Assembly (NCBI GenBank): GCA_002633005.1
Contig: NMRA01000168.1
Coordinates: forward strand, 713,188 to 777,187
DNA from: Phoronis australis
Lineage: Eukaryota; Animalia; Phoronida
Reading direction: 5' to 3'
DNA length: 64,000 nt
The notes under the pieces were generated by a model, which had not been told where the DNA came from, ran no database searches, and saw nothing but the letters and a program-made list of their open reading frames with translations. How positions within the stretch are numbered: the first letter of the stretch is position 1; each line of letters starts with the position of its first letter. This document shows positions 13,262 to 26,985 of this stretch, in pieces. The position numbers were made by a program, and so were the translations under genes.

Positions 13262-13295
13262 TAATGTGTGTGTATGTGCTTGTGTGTGTGTGTGG
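13262..13295. repeat. (TG)n microsatellite, imperfect
   Basis: tgtgtgtgtatgtgcttgtgtgtgtgtgtg. Confidence 0.85.
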
Positions 13296-13559
13296 ACCTG
13301 ATTACATTTGATAATTTACTACTGAAAAAATCATAAAATTATTGATCCCAATAAAGCGTTTTTTAAACAATAATCAACTGACAAGATAAACCATCGAACG
13401 TCCATTTTTACAGGAAGAGAATGTTTAACTAAAATTTGTGTTTAATTGCCAAGTAAAAAACTCTTACAAATCCATGAAAGATGCAACAGAATACGCTGCG
13501 ACCTAGAAAATCTTTGACATTTTCATATTCTGTCCATGACGTCATACTTTTAGTTGTTG

Positions 13560-14520
13560 ACAATGAAATTTCCTGCTTTTGCGCCACCTAAAACATTAAG
13601 TTTGAATAGACTTTCAGATAAAAAGTGAACACAAGCTGACAACCTTTTACATTGTGGCAATTTGAAATGCTCTTGCTTTCCTTTCTTTTGGCAAAATACT
13701 CATTCTACGTGTCCGGTAGGAAATCAATGAACAATGTTTTCGTAGACTTGAGATTTATACACAAACGAGGATCAGAATATTTGATTTTTAATAAACGCGA
13801 AATTTAGTTCACGAGAAATAACATGTTGGGCACTTGAGACAAATTTAATAGTTCCTTCCGTGTATTCTGAATTCATCTGGATAGATAGATTTAATGAAGT
13901 TGTTTAGTCAACATGAAAGTAAATTGCCCTTTGAAAATACATCTGAAGTTAAACAAAAAATACAAAACCATTTCAAAATAACCTAGAATGTAACTTTGTA
14001 TAGTTAACTCGATTTACACGAGTTATTTCCGACTGGGTCTAAGAGACAGAGGCAATGAAATGTAAATGGTTATTGACAGTAACAGCAACCTGTAAGACAT
14101 TAAGAAGTGAAATTCAAAAGAACGCAACGAATGTCATTTTAAATTTCCACATAACATATTTTGTTGAAGCAATGTCATTTTTCCAAGCTATGAAAGTACT
14201 TTGATGGCTTGTGCCTTTTTCTGCCCATTTTGACCTTGATCTGATGGCATGTCCTTGCATCAGGCCAGATCGACATTTTTTAAGTTTTCTGCGTTCTCCT
14301 TCAGTTCGTCGATGTCTTATGAAATCCACTTAACAGAGGCAAGCATGATATATTTTTTTTTCTTTTCTATGGATTCTTTTTCGATTCATTAATAAAAAAT
14401 GTCTTTTAAAAATTGTAACGGTTTTGACCTGGCAATCCCCAATTAATTAATCGTTGATAACAACTTAGATCTTCTAAGATTGATAAGTAATTAAACGGAG
14501 ATTTTCTAGGTCATAAATAT
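13560..14520 (-). mobile_element. L1/Tx1-clade LINE ORF2 remnant, internally deleted
   Basis: GHAIRSRSKWAEKG matches the post-endonuclease IRSR..W.E.GE motif; KIKYSDPRLC...ENIVH*F matches the zf-RVT region; no RT core between them. Confidence 0.65.
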
Positions 14521-15262
14521 AGGCCGTATACTATGAGGCGACCTCGAGTAGTACACGTTTAATTGGAGTGGAGAGTTATGCGTATTGAAATTATGAATCG
14601 TTAAGGCGCCAGCAAACCCTGCGCCTGGTAATTTCTGACCTTCCAAATCCAGTAGACACACGTGATCACTTCTGTACCCATTTTTTATGCGGGAAAATTG
14701 TTAGAGATTGGCCAGCTCTTCAGAAATGGGGAATCATTTTAACCTGGGCTATTTAACCGGGTAAGATCGGTCAAAGGTTGGCAATATCAATACATAAAAC
14801 AAACATCTATGCATTTTGAATGTTCAAGCAAATCTAAAGCAAAGGCATCCTATTTGAGGTGGGTTAATGACAGGGCAGGTAACATGCAAAAAGTTTCCAT
14901 CTCTGAGTGGCTGAAATCATAATTAGAATAGTCTGCACAGGTAGGGCCAAAATATCAATTTTGAGGTAGAGAATAATAATAATGGAATAATTTTTGTGTA
15001 AATTTATTGATTACTTGTTTGACGAGTTTGATTTTGGGCATATGTTTTTTATCTTGCACATAGCCACAGATTTTATTGAAAGATACGAGCCAGGAAGCAA
15101 GCTCTTACAAACTAGGATTTAGCTGAGACGTGTTAATTACTTATGTTAACAAATTTCAGTCCACAGGTCAATCTACAGAAACAATATAACAAGGATATCA
15201 TTCTCGTGATGCAAGCAAGCTGGCGTACTCAGGTCGTACCTCTTACGTGGCTCCCAACTAAC

Positions 15263-15387
15263 CTGCACGGCACAGAAACCATGGCGTTCGAGAAAATGCT
15301 CACACTGGGCGGCAATGTCCGTCCATTTCCAGTTAAACAGATAGACTGATACGTGACGCCCGCCCTTGCAGTTCGAGTTGTGTTAGC
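15263..15387 (-). pseudogene. Amy: Amylase exon, N-terminal beta1-beta2 region
   Basis: *HNSNCKGGRHVSVYLFNWKWTDIAAQCEHFLERHGFCAVQ with AG/GT boundaries; in-frame TAA at 15383-15385. Confidence 0.9.
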
Positions 15388-16494
15388 CTGCGATCAGAGA
15401 TGCTGTGGATATACATGTACACGTCCAATATCAGAAATGATTTCACTGAAGATATTGGCGAACTTAACTTAGTGAAATCAAGTACAAAACTACAAGATCT
15501 CATTCATCAAAGACGTGATTCTAGAAAAATGATTTCAAGCATTTGGTAGTCATCAGTTTAACAAGCTAAAGAAGTATACATCGAAATTTATATGGTTCTC
15601 CAGTCCTCGCGGTGTTTGCTCCTTTCCACTGCTGCACTGGGATATATGGTATACTGAAACTTGTTTAAACCGTATTAAATTTGCAATTGAAACCGGTTAA
15701 AGAAACAGTCAAGTATTTATTTCCTGGTTCCCGATTACTCTATCATTGACCTGTTAACACAACTGTTATGTTGTTTCCTAAAGAAATCAAAAACTTACCC
15801 AGCAATGACTGAAATAAAAACCAAAGTACATGTTTCGCGGGCATCATTATTAAGGTTGACTGGTGCTCATTACGTGGCGTATTTTATGCAAATCAATAAC
15901 CAATCACGTTTAAGGTATAAGGAGGATAGCCCAATCAAATGTTCTGTTAGGCTTAATAATTATGGAATAAGCTAAAAATACCGACAGAATATACCTGCCA
16001 GACTAACATGGCAATCCACGATGGGAACATGACTGTCGGGACGACTCGAAAGTCGTAATAAAATTACATGTAATTAGGTCTGACGAAAGAGTCCATAAAT
16101 CCGGGAAATGCTTGGCTGCACACACCGACAGCAGATATGACGGCAACACAGAATAGTAAGTTTCATAACACTCTTGAAAATGCGATAATATTCAAACAAT
16201 GTTTTTTATGACACATGCTGCGTGTAACGCCGCTGTAGTCTTGTGACGTGGTTTGTATCCCAAAACGGCGATGTCCGGGCGGGGCTCGGATGCAGAACAA
16301 TCTACGTAAGCGTCACTTTTATAATATTGTGGGGGACACTAATTGAGTAATTTCATCAAAACGTTCAAAACACAACTCTGCACTGCGCTTGAGGGCACTC
16401 AAGTAATAGTAACGTTCGTTGGCTGTTTCATTGTCTCTTAACTGCGAACGAAGGATTAAAACTGATGCAGGCCATTAGCATAATTGAACTTTTG

Positions 16495-18640
16495 CAGCCG
16501 ATTTCATGAAGGTGGTTTAATAAAACTAGGTTGAAGAATTAAACCTTGTATTCCTAAACCTGGTCTAATTTTAGACCTAACTTGCATTTCACCAACATGG
16601 TTTAAATTTCTGAAAGACAGGTTTTGTTAGATCATGAAAAACTAGTTGAAAGTATGCAAGCTCTCCTGCTGTTTTGATTCGGATTAACCCAACAAAAAAT
16701 ATTGAAGTGCTTCAACGAAACTTTGATCACTTGGGTACACAATGACACACAGCAGTAGAATCAGTGCAGACGCTTTTCTCATGGGGAAAAATGCTCCCTG
16801 CCATAACTGATCAGAGAAAGAGCCAATGTAACAATCGAGAACAAGAATAGTGGTGCCAAATCAAGTCAACGTAAGCAGCAGGCTGGCAGAAATATTGATC
16901 CAGAATAAAGGAAAGAAAAAATGACCAGTGAAAAAACAGCAAAAAAAAACGGAGATGGACCCAGTGGCAGATCAAGGATATCACGAGGAGATATTTTTCA
17001 GTTTGTATCGTCCAGCACAAGTATTCACATTAAAGTACTTGCTCTCAATTAACCTCAAAACAGTAAATGCACACATTTATTTCCGAGTCATATTACTTTT
17101 TTGCTGCCAAAGGGTCACGGGGGCGGATCCAGGATTTTGAGGAAGGGGGCCTGGACAGACTATTAGCCAAGATTTTGCCCGTCAGACATTCGCACCCCCG
17201 AAATACCAATTGGAATCTGGGAGAATTTTAGGGGGATTATGGCCCCTTGGCCCCCTCTATATCCGCCACTGGGGCAGGATCCCTCCCTGGCAACCTTATA
17301 TCGGGGACCAATTGAGTTTGAACTCGGCCAGCTTAATCATTAGATGCCTTTTTAGTCATACGCGTAGGGCTTCCGACGATGACGCTCTGTTCGAACGGTC
17401 ATATTTTTAGAAAATACCAAGGACACCATTCTGTACATACTGTTCTAAGAATAGGCGGATTCAGGGGTTCAAGGAGTCCAGACCCCTTTTTCCCTTGATT
17501 TTAGTGATATCAAATATATCATGTCAAATTGTTCACCCAGGCCTTCCTTTTAAAAATTCCTTGATCGGGCGGACCCCTCCCCCTGAAGTATTCTTGGCCA
17601 CCCCTGTTACGTTTGTTCTTGTGTCGTCTTTAAACTGAATTATGAAACTAGTCCGTAAATGCACACCACAGCATCATTCAGTAGCAGCTGTGTAGTAGAA
17701 GTCTTCCATATTCAATAGTATTAAACCTGGGTCTGACCAAGTCTTTAAGTTAGACCTGGTTTAAGGTTTTAATATAGGTATAAGTAATTTATCCCATACG
17801 CGTTGAATCTGTCGAGGGAAATACGGCCATGTGATAAAGATTTCCGTATGGCACCTCCCGCACTACTTCAACAGAGACCTCAGAAATGGAATGTTCAAAA
17901 GGTAGGTTGACTCGACTTCTTCAGCCTGTTTGATCATCAAACTTTCCGAATATAGTTCAAAGTAATACAGTTGCAGCAGTGTAACTAACACTCGACATGC
18001 AACCAGGCCCTATACGTAAAATCTGGAAAAAAACTGTTAATTATATGACACATATTTCTCAGTTTTCAATTCGTTTGCTGAATACCATATCGTCTGCAAC
18101 TCAGGCGCCGATTCCTAGGAAACTGCAATATCAAATGTTGTTTTTAACTATTTCCAGGATATGTTGCACGTTCACTGCACAGTTGTCGTTGTTTTTTTCA
18201 TCTTTGTTACCTCTTTTCAAGACATTAATCGTTACTTTTAAAACTTGCAACCTAGCGCACAAGTACATATAGATAGGATGAGATCCGCCATGTGAACAGT
18301 CTGGGTCAAGTATTTAAAAAAACTTCCGGAAAGAATGTAAGCCCCTCGATTGGCGTACATGTACATGAAGTAATATCTCACTGGACCTTCTTCCGTGTAT
18401 CGACCGAGACCGAAGGGATAATACTTCATGTACGCCACTCTCGGTACGTTTTGTGTATATATACCTCGTTGGTGAAATAAAAACTGACCTAAACCAGGTA
18501 AGAAACTGGAGTTAAACCAGGCTTTACTAAACCACTGGTCTAAAAGTTAAACCACCTTAATGCAATGCAGATTATCTTTAAACCTGGTCTAAGTCCAGTT
18601 TAAATCAGGTTTAACTTTAAACCATCTTTATCGACTGCTG
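16495..18640. mobile_element. PIF/Harbinger transposon remnant
   Basis: Inverted ends (TTTCATGAAGGTGGTTTAA vs TTAAACCACCTTAATGCAA/TTAAACCATCTTTAT) with AAACCAGG/CCTGGT subterminal repeats; + strand Myb/SANT-like RFSHGEK..L..LIRERANVTIENKNSGAKSSQRK at about 16770-16960; - strand HARBI-like FLGIGA*VADDMVFSK near 18080-18130. Confidence 0.65.
17115..17272. mobile_element. Small MITE with GGCGGATCC...ATCCGCCACTG termini nested in the Harbinger remnant
   Basis: cacgggggcggatccagga at the left, atatccgccactg at the right. Confidence 0.5.
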
Positions 18641-19539
18641 ATGTTGTTATATCGATTAAACATTGCTAATCCACAAAACTAAGCGAGGCGGCGTATGAAC
18701 TATTGTTCTTGAAACTCAAAATGGGTATTGAAGTAAAAACGTGGATACACTTTAGACCTCGTTTACTTGAGGAGATACTGCCCTGACTGGAAGTAACATG
18801 TCGCGTGTAGACGAGTCATACTACTTTGTATCTAAGGTGCTTTGCGGGTCCTCAAATGGGAAGGAGATGATCTTTTTTCAATTTGTTATTGTTTGGGTTT
18901 CAAATGGCAAAATACTGTAACAATACATTCGCAATTAGTTCCTGCACAGATTGCAGAGGTGATGATCGTACATATTGTTCATTCGGAATAAAAATATACT
19001 CTTATGCAGAATAACTTTCGGTCTTAGTTTGCCAGATTTCGGTCTAAGCATAAAATACTTGACAACCAATGCCAACTCCTGCACGAGACCTATGTGTATG
19101 TTGGTGGACGTTTCGACTTCGATACACGGGACTCAGTAACTGCGAGAATTTGCACAGCGAATTTTCGGTTTCGAGATTTACAAAGTTATAATCAAGGATC
19201 GCTTCTTTTCCATTTCGGCCAGAATCTTGAGGTACATATAGTACGGTTCCAGGCACTCAGCGATTTTTCGGCAAAACTAGTCAACTTAGCGCAGAACTGC
19301 ACTGGTTATTTTTGATACGCACTGACCCGTGGCCCTATCCATAGACATCTTTTTACCTGCGGTTTTAGTGCCACAACAAATCAAACCACATGATAGGAGA
19401 TTTGTAGTGGTTTACAGAAGGAAGAGACATTTGGTTTCCGAATGTGTGCTCTGCACTTGAAAAAAAAACTTAGACCCTACTAACAGATCTATTAACCTCA
19501 CTTTCGAAAAACTACTTATTTGCGTACATGTAGCTACTG

Positions 19540-19607
19540 TATGTGTGCGTGTGTGTGTGTGTGTGTGNNNNNNNNNNNNNNNNNNNNNNTGTGTGTGTGT
19601 ACGTGTG

Positions 19608-19639
<32 letters not shown>

Positions 19640-19678
19640 AGCGTGAGAGTGTACTTGAGCACCTGTGCGTGTGTGCAT
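19540..19678. repeat. (GT)n microsatellite containing a short N gap
   Basis: Directly visible dinucleotide repeat. Confidence 0.95.
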
Positions 19679-20293
19679 ATCATGCTTGTTTATAGCATTG
19701 TTGTTTTCTATTGTTTCAATGATAATTCGTTTGTTCAGAGTTTACTTGTTGTCCAGACATTTGATGGTTTAATTTCTGGGCAGAATTGTTATCTGTAGTA
19801 TTCACCTTTCCCTCAAATAAAATGCATTAAATAAAGATTAACTTGTAAAATAATGCAATCTATTTGTGACTTGTCCCACTTCTAATTTTTTCCATCATCC
19901 TGTCACACCCTTAAATTACCCTGCCTTTTTGCACATGGAGAAATTGACACATTAGACCCCGAATTAGCCCCGTTTTCCCGTTCGACTAAAAATTTAACAG
20001 GACCTTCCGTGGCTTTCGAGGCACTCGCACTTTCTCTTTCGACTAAAAAACAGTCGGGTGATTTATTTTCTTACATTTCCTTTTCGACAAAATGTGCTTT
20101 CAGGACTTTTTCCGTTTTGCGGGATGTATTTCTCCCTTGCGCTTTCGATAGATCTATTCCAGGTCTCCCGCTTTGTATGCAACATTATTGTTTAAATTCA
20201 AATGTTGTCAACTATAGAACATGTATTCAAAACTACATTGCCTCTTTGTTATAAATAATGGTACTTACAGAGTGAGAACGTATAGTGAAATGT

Positions 20294-20535
20294 AAAAAAA
20301 AATAATTGCAGGCGGTCTGATACACGTCGCACCAGACGTGCGCAGGCCTCGCATGTGGGCCCATTGCACTGATCACCTGGAAATATGTTTATACTTAATT
20401 AATATGTGGTTAAAACCGAGCTGAGGAGCTAGAAACCTGGCTCAAGGGTTTAGCAGTGTGACATGGTGGGTCTCCAAACCACTACCTCGAGTAAAGAAAG
20501 CAGGCACTTATCAACCAGGCCACACTGCCTCCTCC
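20294..20535 (-). mobile_element. tRNA-derived SINE, copy 1
   Basis: Clearly homologous to 53013-53242 (shared ACCAGACGTGCGCAGGCC and GAGCTAGAAACCTGGCTCAAGG); - strand head with A-box-like TGGCCTGGTTGAT and a degenerate B box; T-rich tail. Confidence 0.75.
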
Positions 20536-23500
20536 TAGTGAAATGCAAAATAACAATGTGTTCCTGAGTGTCTCTTGTGCACGGTACCACACAATAATGT
20601 AATTAGATATTCACATTATACTTCATAGCAAGCAATAGGTGTGCCTGTACAGTAAAATTTCTAATATCACGGCAAAAAAGTTAAAGATAACAATTGCAGT
20701 TTCACCAAACTTGGTTTGGTTTTATCTAAAAAAATTCGACAGATGGCGCATTGCGTTACGATGAGGATATGCAGTACCATAATCCATCGCTAGGAGTCTA
20801 TCGTAGGAGTGACACAGCGAGAAATTTCTTCATATTGGAGGCAGTTTCTCTAATGGTAATCGCATCTTATTACGCGCTTCTCCAAGATGCTTTGTCTCAT
20901 TGAAACCGAAAATATTTAAATTGGTAGCAAGAGCACCTTTTGACTTCCTGGAGAACTTTGTGTACAAGTACAACCAGGTAAAGAAGCAATTGGGAAATAA
21001 AATGCGGTATTAAAAAAAAACATCACAACTGATATTCTCAAAAACAAATTTGAAGACAAGGAAAACCATAGTCATTCCAAATATTACACAATCGTAATTT
21101 GATAGCGAAATGAACAGATAACAAAAACTGTGCCTTGCTTTTGCTTGGGAAGTAACTGTGACGTATGTCATACTCATTTACATAAAAATAGTCTTGCAAA
21201 ACGAGACTTTCGCGAACAATAATGGTAAGTGGATCTCGTATGGTTTCCGGCAGACCGGAGACCTGGGCTTGTTTGTATTCCATTTCCATATTCACAGTTT
21301 AATGAGACATAGCATATTTAACATTAGTCTCTGTGACAGTACAAATCCATCTTCCTAGACTGACCTTGAGGAGTTCATGGTGCGCCAATAATGCGCTTTT
21401 AAGCTGCACCCTAAACCACATGAACATTTATTAACTAATTTCACTCGCCATTTTTCCTTTTACTTACGGCATTTTTGGGATCTGAAGTGAAGTCACATAC
21501 TGTACGTAAAAAGAGACAAAAATGCGCCTAAAATGAATGTTCTTTCGGATAATTCTCGAAAATGAGGCTGCGAACGCAAAGTAGAGACACGCAGGTCGGT
21601 ACAGACATTCCCGTTAAAGACAAACACTTATCAAGGCTGTCCTTTGCATGTCGTAAATGTATCGAAACAGTGGATTCAATCCCAAAATTCAACAGCCCTA
21701 TTTTTTAAATTATATATCATTTAATACATAAAACACAAGACCACTGAACAGCAAACGCAGACAGAACAGGACAGTATACATGTACATGTAGCTGGCATGA
21801 GAAATTACATAGCGTATGAACGTAAAATAAATTAAGTATATTGTATTAATCATTACCTACATCTGAAATATTATGAAGAAGGACTCGTGAAATACTGTAA
21901 TTTGATCAGTAATTTAAGACACATATCTATGTAAGTGCAAAGCAATGAATTTACACCCATCAGAATTGCTTTCAGAAGCAACAAGAATTATACGATGTAA
22001 TGTAATTGGACCTTTCTTAAATCCACCAAACAAATTAGTTGTGACAACGATTGCGATTAAGATTGTCATTTAACAATCATCGTACGTTATCCATAACAGT
22101 GGAGCATTAAGGTAGACGTGTACGTACAAACAGTTTTCTATCCAAAATAAAGGAAAAAACTTCTATTGTCACTTTCAAAAACAACTTCAAGCTGCATACC
22201 ACTACCCAAGACTTGCCACTCCCATGGACATCATTCTAACTTCCTCGCAACCATGAAACTATCCTATACAGATCAAGATGCGGACTATTCCTAAACAACG
22301 ACAAATTAAGACATAATTTTAATATTATTTCACCTCTGTGTTCCTACTCGTGTTCCCTTTTCTTGTACAGTGGACAGTACACGGGGAGCATAAAGCACAG
22401 CTATTCCAGACACTCGAACAATACCCCGATATTTACAAAAAACTATTCAGACTATTCTGAAATTGCTCAAATTTACAACAAAATGTTTTTTTTTCTAAAT
22501 CGATACAAAGAGCTCGGTCCAAGGAAAATGAGATTTTATTCAAAACAGTACCAAAATGTCTTTTTAATATGTAACTGTTATTCCACCAAAGCACCCAAAG
22601 GTCAACTCTAGGGTCACCGACTCAGTTCTGAAAGACAATAAATTCATACATTCCGGTGGGATACGTGTATGCTCAAAATGCTTATATCAAATGTGTGTTT
22701 ATTTTTATGTGAGAGCGGAATTAAATTATTTTTGGCCCAAAATAACTCAGTTTTGGTTCGCTGAAGTACTTTATTTTCATTATTTTAAAGCAGTTTAAAG
22801 AAATGGGATGGAAATTAAAACCTTTATAATGTTTACATAGACACTGGACATCTCTATCAGCAGACAGTCTTTGTGTTTTTAAAGGGTTTATATTAACATC
22901 CACTGAAGCGTCAAAATTCGACAGTATTTGTCATTGATTTTAAGCAGTTTTCGAGGTTCTCTGAGGGCCAGTTTGCGGGGTGGTCGCGATTTCAGATGAA
23001 GTTTTCCATCAGCTTGCTGTTTGACCAAGGAAAATAAAAAGAACAATTGTGTTTTTTCTTATTTCCTACATGTAGCAATAACCAAAAGAAAGAACACACC
23101 GTAGAGTATTTTATTGTCATGAACTACTGCCGTCCACAACTGGATCTCGTAATCCCCATAAATGGGTTTCCTGTCTTTTTACAGATATGCTTTTTAGGAA
23201 ATGACATCGGTTGACATCCATTTTTAGATGATTTGGCTAATGCTGGTGCCCCAAGTGTCAGTTTCCAAATCTAGCTTTGGTGAAATTTAACGTTTCTATT
23301 CAGGAAACGTTGGCAATTTCATGTTTCCGAATGTGTCTGATTATAAAATATGCTATCTCGTATACATGCACATGGGTATCAAACTTTCAGGGTAGCTCAG
23401 GGTTACATCGAGCGAGTTAAAGTTGAATTTGACAAGCATCATAATATGAAACTTTATGGATGTGGGACTTCAGTAGGCTTCACACATCATAATCCAAAAA

Positions 23501-25498
23501 TGGAGCGTATTATATGTCTGTAAATCAATAATAATTCTGCACATATTGTGGAAAGTAACAAGTTACACAACATGAACCAAAGGTAGAAATTGTAATAAGC
23601 TTAAGAACATTACGTGTTCTATTTTGAAAAAAAATATCAAATCTTAAAGAAAAATTGTATTTCAAACCATAAAACGATTTAAAATTATATATTTATACCA
23701 GCCTTACAATTGTCTCTGTGGTTACTTGGTTGCCGGCAAAAGGCAAATGCGTCAGTAAACTTTGTCTATGTAACCTCTGACCCAAAGTCAGTTGTGAACG
23801 TTCAACTGGTGAAATGGAGTTTGGTCATGTCAGACAGCATTGCGGTCTCGGAAATGTTGATTCTCATTGATAGTTTAAACCTGAAACCATTTTGAATGTA
23901 ATGTAATATTTATCCACAAAATCTCCAAAGCGTCGCAATGCGGCTTGCTGACGAACTTGAGTGACCCCCACTTTCAACACAACAAAAAGCAACCAGATTT
24001 ATCTCCCCCGTCACGTGATGGCTGCAACGAAATTATGTGTATCAATTTGTACAGTACGTATGACTTCCTCATTTCCTTATGCGTTTTTTTCACGTGGCAT
24101 ATGATCCACCTGTTTTGCATTTTATTCGTGAACCTTTGAAGACCAACACATGAAGGTAAAAAATTAAATGGTCAATACGTACAAAAGTGGACAGGTATTT
24201 TTGTATCAAAGACACGTCACTATCACATGCAAAAAGTTGAACCCGAAATATGGAGAGTTATATTTGATTTCCCTTTTTTTCTCGAATAGGTCTTCAATCC
24301 GTACTGAAGCGAATGATTCGCAATGCATGAGTTGCATTTTACAATGGGTGTTTAAATACTTCCTTGTGCGGCTGTGCAACTGCACAAGAAACTGCGTCTC
24401 AAATAAATTTGTAACAAATTCCTTAAGCACCATAAAAGTATGTTTTTGTTGTTAAAGCAAACCCAAACCACAAAGACATTTATCAATAGTCAAGATAGTA
24501 TACATACCTGTATGTCTTATTCAGGTTTCATGTAAGTCTATCAAAACAACTGAATGGCAGTTGTCAAAAAACATGCATACTCTATTGTGTCAGTGTTGAA
24601 TTTACCTTACCTTATTTCATAAAAATGGCGCCTGCTGCGTTGGCTGCCGTGGGCATTTTATAGAAATATTTTGGATACAGATGGCTTTTGCTCAAATGAT
24701 TAGTTTGTTCTGAGTGAAAGATTGCCAGTTGTTGATCCCCTGATCCACTTTTTGCACAGTCGTGCCTCCTCGTTATATACTTACTGCTTGCAAGCGGGAA
24801 TTTTAAATTTGGCTGGAGTCTCAAGTACCCTTCAGTCGCTTTGGATTTGTAAAATCGGTCTGATTGATACTTATTTTTATTCGACTTCTGTAATCTGGAG
24901 AATTTTGGCAGTCTGAATAAAGTGGGTCTCATTTCGGAATTATAGCAGGCAAATGATGACTTTGGGGTGACAACTGCTGCTTCACTGTGTTTTTGTTTTT
25001 TGTTTCTTTAAGTAGCCAGATACAATTCCAGTAATCGCAAAAATGGAAAGTTGATTTTGGAAACAGTTTCAAAAGAGTTTGTGCAAGGCTGTTCATATAT
25101 GCAGGTAAAGCTACAGTAGTTTTCAAACCTAAAACCAAAAACTGTTTAGTGCCTCCTATCGGAACAGTACTTTGTTCTGTTAATCAATGGGAAGACTTGT
25201 GGCATAACAATTTTCCAATGCTGCCTTTCGTTGAAAAAGAGTGCATCCATTGAGTTGTAAAGTTTGCAGGCACTGTGAAATTTGTGCATTCATTCACCGA
25301 TGGACCGATCGTGAGTTTCCGCATCATCCATAAACACAAAAAGTCTGAAAACGGTAACCGAATAAGGCTTTACATCTTCGTGCGATATTTCTTGAATATT
25401 ACTCAGTGGATTCCTGGTTTTTCATTTTAAAGGAAGAACACCGAAGCTACCAACTACTCAAGTAAACGCTTCAAAGTTAAATGGACTTAGCCAGTAGT

Positions 25499-26487
25499 GC
25501 ATAGGCGGATTTAGGGGGGCAGGGGGCCTACCCCCCCCCCCTTGGCTGCCGCAAAAAATAAAACAGTAAAGAGCGTAGGGAAATGTTGAGTTTATTAATT
25601 AACCCCGTTAATTAAAATTATACGGATGAAAAAAGATTTAAATGTGTGCAGCTTTAGTGTGGGGGGGGGGGCTCAAATCCAATTTCAAGTGTCAAATTCG
25701 GAACACGGCGCATTCGTAACGGAACTATGGCTAAGTATAGGCTCTCCCGCGATATCCCAGGCGACCGGCAGTAGCACTGCGCACTACGACTCCGTTTCCG
25801 TCGTCTGCTCCACTGTGCAATGAAGAAAATTTACTTCAATTTTTCAAGAAAATGGAATCTGAGTGACGATGAAAAAACAGAAGCTGCTGGTAAGATGTGA
25901 ATTTTAATCGAAGCCTTAGTGAATCACTCCGAAACTCGCAATACTCTCTTTGTCAAACCTTATCTTAAGACGATTTCCAAACCAATCCCGTCATGATTGC
26001 CAACACGAAAAATGGATTTGGTCTATTGGGCATTTGAAGACTATTTCAAATACGACAAATTTGTTAAGAATTGATGGCACAAAATATAAAACGTGTAATA
26101 AGCATTACAAAAAGAAGTAGGTTTCGCGCGCAAACGCTGTGAACCATAAACAAGTAGGTCTTTTAGTATGAGATAAGTGGTGAAGTCTTGGTGGAGTAGT
26201 GGTAACGCACGCGCGCTTTATCCGCTAGGTTGTGAGTTCGAGTCTTTGGTACTTGCGGATTTTCCGTTGTCCGTTTTTTTGCCTATTTTCTCGGATAATA
26301 CTTCAGGAATCAAGGAAAATGCTTGATTTTTAGAGGAAAAAACAGAAAAATTTCCTGGGCAAACCCCCCTCCCGAACTCCCCCCATTCGGTGCTATGTGC
26401 ATCTATAATCGTTCAATTTGCGCAAAAGCTTGCAGCCGGACAAAATGTTGGCCCCTCCCCCTTGTGATATCCTAGATCCGCCACTGG
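25499..26487. mobile_element. Non-autonomous TIR element (GGCGGAT family)
   Basis: catAGGCGGATTTAGGGGGG at the left and CCTAGATCCGCCACTG at the right, with G/C-run subtermini; same terminus family as 17115-17272. Confidence 0.5.
26185..26255 (+). mobile_element. tRNA-like SINE head or tRNA pseudogene
   Basis: A box TGGAGTAGTGG and B box GAGTTCGAGTC at tRNA-like spacing, but the stems do not close. Confidence 0.5.
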
Positions 26488-26985
26488 CTTCCACCAGCGA
26501 TGTGGATGCCCGGGGCCGTGGCCTCGTCGACCCCACATCCCCTGCACGGTACTTGTGTTAGCCAAAACTATACTTGTTAATTTGAAATTGACGCATGTAC
26601 GCGTTTTTTGATGAAATGTTTTCTCGGCTGACTTGACAACGATTCATGATCCGAAGAGTTTGCTGATATTTTCAAACGATGACAGATAAACTGCACAGCT
26701 TTAACTGGCTTTCTGTGATGCTAGTCAACACCATCTAGGTCATAAACGTTCCGGACACTCGTCATTCTCATACTAAGACTAAAACTCTAAGCGGAAATTT
26801 GCCGAAACAAAAAAACACCATTGTGCTTTGACTGACCCGACACGAATGTAGGCGACCCCTGGTGACGTCATCCCAGGCCAACAAGGAAATACATGTACAT
26901 GTACATGTACCTGCTTTCATCGATCAAACAAACAATAAGATTGTACACTTGCTGAAAAAAGACACTGAGAAGGAAGAAAATCGAC

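Larger units (their letters stand above)
7883..15387 (-). pseudogene. Amy: Alpha-amylase (GH13, animal type) pseudogene with C-terminal extension
   Basis: Ordered exons with canonical motifs: YLFNWKWTDIAAQCE, GFRFDAVKH, FIYSEVMD, FVDNYDYQRGHG, GWV*EHRWRQI, EFRNAV; several stops, frameshifts and broken splice sites. Confidence 0.92.

Noticed and set aside
15790-16167. Amylase signal-peptide exon
   Set aside because: Two competing hydrophobic candidates (about 15795-15845 and 16070-16167, the latter frameshifted); cannot choose between them.
19412-19798. His/Thr- and Cys/Val-rich ORFs
   Set aside because: Translations of the (GT)n microsatellite.
20648-21900. Tc1/pogo element as the local source of TACATGTA scars
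   Set aside because: A TACAGTAAAA end-like sequence is present, but no matching inverted end or convincing transposase motif was found.
24610-25330. THAP/Kolobok transposase remnant
   Set aside because: Only scattered Cys/Trp similarities across frames; not distinguishable from chance.
26185-26255. Functional tRNA gene
   Set aside because: Acceptor and anticodon stems do not pair, and it sits inside a repeat element; treated as SINE-like.
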